A stretch of DNA of 52,570 nucleotides from Burkholderiales bacterium. Lineage in GTDB: Bacteria > Pseudomonadota > Gammaproteobacteria > Burkholderiales > Casimicrobiaceae. The notes under the pieces were generated by a model. That model did no database searches and was not told where the DNA came from. It saw only the letters and a program-made list of their open reading frames with translations. The position numbers and the translations under genes were made by a program. The DNA lies in contig JAYSUK010000052.1 of the NCBI GenBank assembly GCA_043719085.1, positions 1 to 52,570 on the forward strand, written 5' to 3'. Shown here in pieces: positions 45,150 to 52,570 of the stretch (positions are counted from its first letter, which is position 1; the number at the start of each line of letters is the position of its first letter).

Positions 45150-46952
45150 TTAGTTCTGGAAGCTGCGTGGCCCGGAACTCGACGAATTGCCCGCCGCATC
45201 TACCGAGGTGACGGTGTAGCTATACAACTGCCCTTTGGTGCCAGCGATGGTCACGCTGTGATTGGTCGCCAGCGTGGCATTGCTGGTGGTGCCGCCGGGT
45301 GTCAATACAACCACGGTGGTGGAAGGCTCGTTGGTTGTCCAGCTCACGATGAAACGCCCCGGCTTGCCGCTGGTGATGGCGGTGGCCGTCACGTTACTGA
45401 TGACAGGTGGCGTGGTGTCAGGCGATGGTGGTCCACCAAACGTTGCCAGCGCATAGTCACGGGCCGCCGCGCCTTGAATCAACCCGTATCCATAGCTGAT
45501 GTCGCGTCCGGCGGTGCCCAAGTCCTGCGCAGTCACCTGCAATGCCTGACGAACCTGAGCGTTAGTCCAGGTCGGGTTGCTGCTCCAGACGACCGCTGCC
45601 ACCGCCGCGACATGCGGCGTGGCCATTGACGTGCCGTCGTAGGCTTCGTAACCACTGGCTGGGAAAGCTACAAAATTGACCACGTTACCGCTGCCTCCGA
45701 CGTTGGCAACCGCAGTGGCACCCAAAGTGTCGCTCAGCGAGATTGCAGGAATCGTGCTGGTGGCAGTACCCAGCGTAGCGCTGAAATCACCCGGTGCGTT
45801 GTTATAGATCACCGCTGCAACGCCACCACCGGATTGCACGTTGGCGACTTTAACGGCGAACGAGACCACGCCGCGCTGGCACAGAACGACCTGACCGCTC
45901 CACGCGCCAACACTGTCGCAAAGGTTGCCGTTCACCACTGCCCCATTGATGCCAGACAGCGTAGTGGCAGCAGCGCCTTCAACGCCATAACCCACCAGCG
46001 TGTTGCCGTTAACGGTCAGCTGGTGAGTGCCGCCAAACGGCACCGTGGACACCACGCTAACTCCCGGAGCGGCAAGCTCAACCGAGCTGTTTTCCTGAGA
46101 AAACGTAGCGTGTACTTTGTTGGCATCCACCGCAGCCACCGACACGACCGACGGATAGGACGCCGGATACGACAGCGCGTCGGCCGTGCCCGAGGAAGTG
46201 CCATCATTGCCAGCAGCCGCGATCGACAGGATGCCAGCGCTCTCGTAGCTCGCAAATGCGTTTTTCTCGGTGCGGTTGGAGGCACCACCGCCCAAGCTCA
46301 TGCTGATCACGTTGGCACCGGCGCTTTTGCAAAGGTTAGCCGCTGCCACTAGACTCGACGAATAAGTCCAGCTACACGCGGCCCCATCAAATACCTTGAT
46401 GATGTGCAAATTTAATTTGCCGTTCGGAGCAACACCGACAACACCGGTGCCGTTGTTGTAACCCGCGATGGTGCCCGCAACGTGCGAACCGTGGCCACAG
46501 CTATCTTCAAACCAGTTGCCGGTGCCCGCAACGTTCGTCCCCGTAACGGAATTTAATGCCAGATCTTCGTGCTGCAGCGAATAGCCGGAGTCGATGATGC
46601 ACACCTTGCGGTTGGCTGCCAGCGAGTCGGTTAAACCGCTGGCCACCATTGTGATCCCATAGGGGGTGGTTTGCGCAAGCGGCTTGCGAATGACGTCCGC
46701 TTCAACATATTCGATATGTGGATTTCGCTGTAATGCCGCCAGCGCTTGGGGCGGCAGGTGCGCAGCAGCTGCACCCTGCGGACCGAGCTCAAGAACGATG
46801 CGGCCACCCGCAGCGGCGATCGCAGCGCGACCGGGCGCATCGTTGACGAACTTGACGATGTAGCGCGCATCTTCCGCTGTGGCAAAAGCGCAGAACGAAA
46901 GTGCGAGAACGGTGGCAGCAAGGCTGCGAGTGTTGATGCGAATGTCCAGCAT
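45150..46952 (-). CDS. Secreted S8 subtilase with propeptide, PA insert and C-terminal beta domain
   Basis: IIDSG, GHGSHVAGTI, AAAGND, GTSMATPHVA; PA domain (LCQRG.VSF..KV...GGVAAVIYNN). Confidence 0.93.
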   Translation of the reverse strand: MLDIRINTRSLAATVLALSFCAFATAEDARYIVKFVNDAPGRAAIAAAGGRIVLELGPQGAAAAHLPPQALAALQRNPHIEYVEADVIRKPLAQTTPYGITMVASGLTDSLAANRKVCIIDSGYSLQHEDLALNSVTGTNVAGTGNWFEDSCGHGSHVAGTIAGYNNGTGVVGVAPNGKLNLHIIKVFDGAACSWTYSSSLVAAANLCKSAGANVISMSLGGGASNRTEKNAFASYESAGILSIAAAGNDGTSSGTADALSYPASYPSVVSVAAVDANKVHATFSQENSSVELAAPGVSVVSTVPFGGTHQLTVNGNTLVGYGVEGAAATTLSGINGAVVNGNLCDSVGAWSGQVVLCQRGVVSFAVKVANVQSGGGVAAVIYNNAPGDFSATLGTATSTIPAISLSDTLGATAVANVGGSGNVVNFVAFPASGYEAYDGTSMATPHVAAVAAVVWSSNPTWTNAQVRQALQVTAQDLGTAGRDISYGYGLIQGAAARDYALATFGGPPSPDTTPPVISNVTATAITSGKPGRFIVSWTTNEPSTTVVVLTPGGTTSNATLATNHSVTIAGTKGQLYSYTVTSVDAAGNSSSSGPRSFQN

Positions 46953-47150
46953 GTTTTTTCCAGAAGCGGTTTCGATGGAGGATTGTATGCAGCTTTGTCG
47001 GCCTTTGGCAGATATTTGAGCGCTTCTGCGGCTTGACCAAACGTTGATGCCGCCACTCCCGGAAAATTCCGGTTCAAGCTCCCAAACACGAGACGCCGCC
47101 AACCCATTTGCGACAAAATCACCTGACTCAGGTCACTCATGGGAGTATCC

Positions 47151-48422
47151 ATGTCGCTAGCGCCATTCCGTTTCCTTCAAGTCTGCGCACTGGCCGCTGT
47201 CACAGCGCTGCTCGGCTGCAGCAGCGTCGGCCAGCCCGCGACCGACCGCACCGGCGCTCGCGCCACGGGCTATGCGCTTCGGCTGATCGGCGAGGCCACT
47301 TTGCCGCATCGCATGGACTTTAACGGAACTGTGCTGGGCGGCATTTCCGGCATCGACTACGACGAGATGCGGGAGCAGTATTACCTGCTGTCCGATGACC
47401 GCTCCGATCACGGTCCGGCGCGCTTCTACACGGCAAAAATCGAGTTCAACGACAGTGAAATCAAGACGCCACAAGTCACGTCTGTAGTGACATTGAGGAG
47501 GCCCGACGGCAGCGTCTTCGCCGGTAAAAAAGAGAACGCAAAAGACATCCCCGATCCCGAATCGATTCGCTATCGCGCCGAGACCGACACGTTGCTGTGG
47601 ACCAGCGAGGGCGACAAAAAACTGGGCATTGATCCGTCCGTGCGTGAGATCAAACTCGACGGCACTTTCATCCGCGAATTGCCAACGCTGCCGATGTTCA
47701 AAGTGCAGCCCGCCGATAGCGGCCCGCGCGACAACCTGACCTTTGAAGGCATGAGTTTGACCGTTGACGGCAAAGGTTTGTGGGTGTCGATGGAAGCCGC
47801 AATGTTTGAGGATGGCATTGATCCCACCGTTGATCTGCCCGGCGGCCCAGCAAGGTTCACGCTGCATCACACGCAATCCGGCAACCCAATCCGCCAGATT
47901 GCTTACCTGCCGGACGCGATACCGCTGCGTCCCACCGAGAAAGGCGAGGCCGACAACGGCGTGCCCGAGATCTTGATGATCGATCTATTCCGCATGTTGG
48001 TGATTGAGCGCAGTTACTCACCCGGTATGGGCAATTCGATTCGCGTCTACCTGATCGATACGCGCGACGGCTCTGATGTGCTCAATGTGGCGGTACTCAA
48101 GCCGGGAAACTATACGCCCGTGACCAAGCGCTTGCTGCTGAACTTCGACACGCTGGTGCTAAAAAAGCTCGACAACACCGAAGGCATGACCTTCGGCCCG
48201 CGTTTGCCGAACGGCAATCGCACGCTCGTCTTTGTCAGCGACGACAATTTCCGCAAAAGCCAGATTACGCAATTCCTGGCCTTCGAACTGATCGAACCGC
48301 GCTCGACCCTGCACCGCCTGGGACGATCACCCATCGGTTGGCCGTATCGGTACGACCTGTATCCGCCGTGGGTTCAGCCATGGCCAAGGATGCCGCGCTT
48401 CCGTCCTGCGACGAAACCGTAG
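47151..48422 (+). CDS. Phytase-like esterase family lipoprotein
   Basis: Lipobox LLGC; GGISGIDYD, LSDDRS, DPESIR, NLTFEGM, DNTEGMTFGP, VSDDNF. Confidence 0.88.
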   Translation: MSLAPFRFLQVCALAAVTALLGCSSVGQPATDRTGARATGYALRLIGEATLPHRMDFNGTVLGGISGIDYDEMREQYYLLSDDRSDHGPARFYTAKIEFNDSEIKTPQVTSVVTLRRPDGSVFAGKKENAKDIPDPESIRYRAETDTLLWTSEGDKKLGIDPSVREIKLDGTFIRELPTLPMFKVQPADSGPRDNLTFEGMSLTVDGKGLWVSMEAAMFEDGIDPTVDLPGGPARFTLHHTQSGNPIRQIAYLPDAIPLRPTEKGEADNGVPEILMIDLFRMLVIERSYSPGMGNSIRVYLIDTRDGSDVLNVAVLKPGNYTPVTKRLLLNFDTLVLKKLDNTEGMTFGPRLPNGNRTLVFVSDDNFRKSQITQFLAFELIEPRSTLHRLGRSPIGWPYRYDLYPPWVQPWPRMPRFRPATKP

Positions 48423-48525
48423 GGCGGAACGCTTGCGGTTCCGCCGAAAGCCGTGCTGCCCCGACCCGGGGGTTAAATTGCCTGCGGCCGCGTAACAAGG
48501 CGGAACCGCAAGCGTTCCACCCTAC
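48419..48525. repeat. GTAG-family REP doublet (same class as 36007 and 36382)
   Basis: GTAGGGCGGAACGCTTGCGGTTCCGCC ... GGCGGAACCGCAAGCGTTCCACCCTAC. Confidence 0.85.
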
Positions 48526-48533
48526 GCGCTACA

Positions 48534-48567
48534 CCCTCTCCCTAGCCCTCCCCCTAGGGGGAGGGAA
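48534..48567. repeat. CCCTCTCCC/GGGAGGG-type short palindromic repeat
   Basis: CCCTCTCCCTAGCCCTCCCCCTAGGGGGAGGGAA hairpin; single copy in window. Confidence 0.45.
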
Positions 48568-48603
48568 CCTGCGGCCGCACCCCGTCATCCTGATGACACG
48601 AGC

Positions 48604-48633
48604 AAAAAAAACGGCACTCCTGAGAGTGCCGTT
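48604..48633 (-). terminator. Intrinsic terminator of the large lipoprotein gene
   Basis: AACGGCACTC-ctga-GAGTGCCGTT stem with an A8 run (U-tract on the minus strand). Confidence 0.8.
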
Positions 48634-48662
48634 CGTTTAAGGCGACCCGAAGGCCGCGTGAC

Positions 48663-51176
48663 TTAAGTGCCCGCTGCGCAGGTAGCCGTTGAGGTGAACA
48701 GTTCACCCCGCGCGTCGACTGCGGTGAGCGTAATGACCTGACCGACGTTCATGATCGGGAAGGTGATGGTCAAATTCGATGGCGACACTGAGACCACTGC
48801 CGCTGGCGGCACCACCGCCGCATTCGACGACGAGATGGTGTACGGCGTTGCGCCACCGTTCACCGTGAACACTACGCTTGACGAACTGCACTGCGACGGC
48901 GGCACCGCTGCAATCGCCGCGATGGCTGCGCTGCCAGACCGATAGAAGGACGGTTGACATGCGGTGCGCAACGACGATGTGAACAAGTTGTTGGTGCATG
49001 TTGGTTGAGTAAACGCGGGAGTTAAACACGTGCTTCCCACGACTGTGCCGCCGTTCGAGCAGGTAATTGGAGTGAACACCGGCTGGCTACAGGTATTGCC
49101 CTGCGCGACGCCGCCGTTGGAACAGACCGCAGCAACGAACGTGGGTTGGGTACAGCTGGTGCCACTAACCGTTCCTCCATTAGAGCAACTGGCAGGCGTA
49201 GGAGTGAATTGCGACGGCACACAGCCCGTGAGCGTGGCGTTCACCGTTCCCGCACCGCAGCTAACGGGTGACACCAACTGTGAAGCAAGGCAGCCGCCAC
49301 TGCCATTGGGTGTTCCCGCGCCGCAGCTGGCAGCGGATGCTGGCGCCGAAGCTAAGCATCCTGTGTTGGTCGCGTTGACCGTGCCCGAACCGCAACTACT
49401 GGCGGTGTACACCACCGTTGGGCAGTTGAAGCCCTGTGGAGCGGCGCCGTCAGAGCATGAAGCGGGAATCGCGGCTTCACCCGGCACAGCTGGGCTACCG
49501 CCCAAATTCGCGGTGAAACTGACGGCTTTCGGCGAGAACACCGCCGGCGCTCTGGCCGCGGTGCCAGCCGTTACGACGAACTGCACGGTGATGATACGAC
49601 CGCTCGCGTCGGCAATGGTGATCGGCACCGTGAAGCCACCGCAACCGCTGTCGACACCGAACGACGTGAAGCGGAAAATGCCGCCCTGGCTGGTAACGGT
49701 GATGCGCTGGCCCGAAGCGCCTGAAGCCACCGACAACGCGCCCGCATTGGGCAATCCGTGGGTGATGGTGTAGGGCGCAGTGCCGCCATACACGACATAG
49801 TCGCCCGCAAAGGACAGGCATTGTTGTGCGAAGCCACCACCGCCGGTGTAAGTGGCTGGCACTACGCTCAAAACTGACGCGCCATTGATCGCCTGCACGA
49901 TGGTGAAAGCCCCATCCACGCGGTTGCCGCTGGTCAGATCGGTGGCGCGAATTAACGCTGCTTGCGAAGGCACGCCCGAATCCATGCGCATCGCCACGTC
50001 AGCCTTGCCGTTTTGATCGGTGGTGACGGTCAGTGTTTTCGCAGTGACCACGCCCGCTTGATCCACGAGGAAGCTGTAGGCCCCCTGAACCACTTCAAAA
50101 CGAATCTGCCGATTGGGCAGCACACTCGTGTTGGCCGCGCGCACCGTGATGGATGCCACGCCGCTCTCGCCAGAGCAAATCGCCGCTTTGTCGACCGTGT
50201 TTGACGAAACGCCGGCGCAGGTGGAATTGGATGTTTGCGTGATCGAAAAAACACCAAGAATTGGCGATGGCTTGACGGTCACCAGCACCGTCACCGATTG
50301 GCCACCGGAATCACGTACCGTGAGCGTGACAACCGTGTCAACAGATACCGTTGCGGCGGTCAAGTTGATGGCGGCACCCGTCACAGACTGCGTGACGGGG
50401 AGCACCACGGCGTCCGAGCTAAATACCTGAAAGGGGCCGACGCCGCTGTTGATGGTGATCTGCGCAGGCGTACCGGAATAAACATTGAGCACGGTCGGCG
50501 TCACTACCAGCGCGCTGGCCAGTGGCGGAGATTTGACAGTAACCGGCACCGCAACAGATTGTCCGGCCGCGTCGCGTATGGTGATCGTGACCAGTTTGTC
50601 GGACGTCACGTTCGACGCGAGCAAATAAACAGTTAAGCCTGACACCGCTTGCACCACGGGCAACACCAACGAGTCGGACGTAAATGCCTGAAACGGCCCG
50701 ACGCCTTTCTCAACCGTCAGCAGTGACGGAATTCCGGAATACACCGTCAGCACCACCGGGTTGACGACCAACCCAGGTATAGGTGCAACGGGGGCGGGCC
50801 TGACGGTGACTGCCACGGTTGCCGACTGCCCAGCCGCGTCGCGCACGGTGATGGTAACGCCGGTTTCGCTGAGCACATTGATGGGCACGAGCGTAATTGT
50901 GTTGCCGACGACCGCTTGAATCACTGGTAGCTGAGCGCTGTTCGATGTGAACGCTTGAAACGGCGCCACGCCGCTGGAGATCGACAATGTTGCCGGAGTG
51001 CCTTGCGTTACAGTCAACGTGTCGGGACTGACCACCAGCACGGGCGTGGCCGGCACCGGTGGCGCCGGTGCAAACGGGTCGGTGGCACCGCCCCCGCCAC
51101 AGCCGGCGAGGAAGGCCAGCAATGTGAGTAAAGTCACCGCGAACAGCGACTTGGTGGACGATTTTATTGAAACCAC
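48663..51176 (-). CDS. Large surface lipoprotein with tandem Ig-like repeats, an invasin/Big_1-like domain and a Cys-rich repeat insert
   Basis: Lipobox LAGCGGGG; three approx. 88-aa repeats LVVxP...GVxPFQ...TVRDAAGQS; TTDQNGKA; eight C-x10..12-C units. Confidence 0.8.
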   Translation of the reverse strand: MVSIKSSTKSLFAVTLLTLLAFLAGCGGGGATDPFAPAPPVPATPVLVVSPDTLTVTQGTPATLSISSGVAPFQAFTSNSAQLPVIQAVVGNTITLVPINVLSETGVTITVRDAAGQSATVAVTVRPAPVAPIPGLVVNPVVLTVYSGIPSLLTVEKGVGPFQAFTSDSLVLPVVQAVSGLTVYLLASNVTSDKLVTITIRDAAGQSVAVPVTVKSPPLASALVVTPTVLNVYSGTPAQITINSGVGPFQVFSSDAVVLPVTQSVTGAAINLTAATVSVDTVVTLTVRDSGGQSVTVLVTVKPSPILGVFSITQTSNSTCAGVSSNTVDKAAICSGESGVASITVRAANTSVLPNRQIRFEVVQGAYSFLVDQAGVVTAKTLTVTTDQNGKADVAMRMDSGVPSQAALIRATDLTSGNRVDGAFTIVQAINGASVLSVVPATYTGGGGFAQQCLSFAGDYVVYGGTAPYTITHGLPNAGALSVASGASGQRITVTSQGGIFRFTSFGVDSGCGGFTVPITIADASGRIITVQFVVTAGTAARAPAVFSPKAVSFTANLGGSPAVPGEAAIPASCSDGAAPQGFNCPTVVYTASSCGSGTVNATNTGCLASAPASAASCGAGTPNGSGGCLASQLVSPVSCGAGTVNATLTGCVPSQFTPTPASCSNGGTVSGTSCTQPTFVAAVCSNGGVAQGNTCSQPVFTPITCSNGGTVVGSTCLTPAFTQPTCTNNLFTSSLRTACQPSFYRSGSAAIAAIAAVPPSQCSSSSVVFTVNGGATPYTISSSNAAVVPPAAVVSVSPSNLTITFPIMNVGQVITLTAVDARGELFTSTATCAAGT

Positions 51177-51458
51177 GTTCGGCCCTTTCTAGCTCTGAAG
51201 TGCGTGCAAAAGTTGCGCGCAATCAATACGTTATACGCAATTTCTAGATTTAACCGCAAGACAATGGCATAGCGCAAGTGGCACGTTTGCCGTTAGCGCG
51301 CGCGCGGGCAGCAAAACAACATTCAACGCATTGCAGCAAAGTTGAAATCTGAGTAAACTATGCGGCCCGCGAATAAAACTATACCGTTTCTGCATCGACC
51401 CTGAGCGCTTGACGTCGGAACGCTGAATCTACGCTGACTTTTTACTGTGAACCCCGAA

Positions 51459-52570
51459 ATGCAAACTTTCTATAAGCCCAACGCACAGGGCATGTACGAC
51501 CCCAAACATGAGCACGACGCCTGTGGCATGGGCTTCGTCGCCAACATTAAGGGCCGCAAAAGCCACGATATCGTTGAAAAAGGCCTCAAGGTGCTGGAGA
51601 ACCTGACGCATCGGGGTGCGGTCGGAGCGGACAAATTGCAGGGCGACGGCGCGGGCATTTTGATTCAAGTGCCGGATACGTTTTTCCGCCGTGAATGCGG
51701 CAAGCTCAAGATCACACTGCCTGCTGTCGGCCAGTATGGTGTCGGCATGGTCTTTCTGCCGCAGGAGCCCGCTTCGCGCATGGCTTGCGAGCAGGAAATT
51801 GAGCGCGCGATTGCTTCGGAAGGGCAGGTGTTGCTCGGCTGGCGCAACGTCCCTGTCGATGATTCAGGCTTCAGCGAAGGTGTAAAGGCTATCGAGCCGA
51901 TCATCCGCCAGGTGTTTATCGGACGCGGCTCCAAAAATATGGATCAGGACGCGCTTGAACGCAAGCTCTACATCATTCGCAAGAGCTCAGGCCACGCCAT
52001 TCAGGCGCTGAAGCTGCGCCACGGCAAAGAGTTTTATGTGCCTTCCATGTCGACGCGCACCATCGTCTACAAAGGGATGTTGCTGGCCGATCAGGTCGGC
52101 GCGTTCTACCTTGACCTGAAAGATCCGATGCTGGTGACCGCGTTGGCGATGGTGCATCAGCGCTTCTCAACCAACACCTTTCCGACTTGGGATCTGGCGC
52201 ATCCGTTCCGCATGGTGTGTCACAACGGAGAGATCAACACGCTGCGCGGCAACTGCAACTGGATTCGTGCGCGCGAAGGTGCCATTGCATCAAGCGTTTT
52301 GGGCGAAGATTTGCCGAAGCTTTGGCCACTGATTTACGACGGCCAATCCGACACCGCGTCGTTCGACAACTGTCTTGAACTGCTCACCATGAGCGGATAC
52401 TCGCTGGCGCATGCCGCAATGCTGATGATTCCGGAGGCTTGGGCCGGCAACGCACTGATGGACGAAGACCGGCGCGCTTTCTATGAATATCACGCGGCGC
52501 TGATGGAGCCGTGGGACGGTCCCGCCGCGATGGCGTTCACCGACGGCCGACAAATCGGCGCGACGCTGGA
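51459..52570 (+). CDS. gltB: Glutamate synthase large subunit (5' part, runs off window)
   Basis: GMYDPKHEHDACGMGFVA, LTHRGAVGAD...GDGAG, HQRFSTNTFP, HNGEINTLRGN, MEPWDGPA; absent from the ORF track because it has no stop in the window. Confidence 0.96.
   Translation, partial: MQTFYKPNAQGMYDPKHEHDACGMGFVANIKGRKSHDIVEKGLKVLENLTHRGAVGADKLQGDGAGILIQVPDTFFRRECGKLKITLPAVGQYGVGMVFLPQEPASRMACEQEIERAIASEGQVLLGWRNVPVDDSGFSEGVKAIEPIIRQVFIGRGSKNMDQDALERKLYIIRKSSGHAIQALKLRHGKEFYVPSMSTRTIVYKGMLLADQVGAFYLDLKDPMLVTALAMVHQRFSTNTFPTWDLAHPFRMVCHNGEINTLRGNCNWIRAREGAIASSVLGEDLPKLWPLIYDGQSDTASFDNCLELLTMSGYSLAHAAMLMIPEAWAGNALMDEDRRAFYEYHAALMEPWDGPAAMAFTDGRQIGATL

Noticed and set aside
49030-49773. 247-aa plus-strand repetitive ORF
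   Set aside because: Antisense shadow of the Cys-repeat region of the lipoprotein
51177-51458. Possible sigma54 promoter (TGGCAC)
   Set aside because: No GC at the required -12 spacing on either strand

Overview
Betaproteobacterial-type chromosome segment, mostly housekeeping genes (aroE 3' end, mtgA, pstSCAB-phoU, glutaminase, plsB, miaA, mutL, pdxH, ptsI, SAM-II/metX-metW, sodC, LysR/pirin/WrbA, gltB 5' end) plus several secreted proteins. The first 13.6 kb is a rearranged accessory region. It holds a MerR-thioredoxin-CcdA-like module and an ars cluster (arsR, arsC, aquaporin) whose arsH is split by a 5.3-kb catabolic insert bounded by IS21-like end relics. It also holds an intact 2777-bp IS1595-family element (25-bp IRs, 8-bp TSD) with two passenger genes. 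The most unusual signal is a dispersed, fixed-length 114-bp dyad-symmetric non-coding element in four copies: three between convergent gene ends, and one split by the IS1595 element. Its short motifs are in exact register, its spacers differ between copies, and it shows ~10-bp A/T-G/C phasing, which suggests a large protein-binding or DNA-wrapping site rather than a MITE. Also notable are a perfect 44-bp palindrome, an orphan CcdA-like peptide, a mosaic GTAG-REP array, a SodC lacking its Zn-ligand Asp, and an Ig-repeat lipoprotein with an inserted Cys-repeat block. All family assignments come from motif recognition by eye; no database searches were run.
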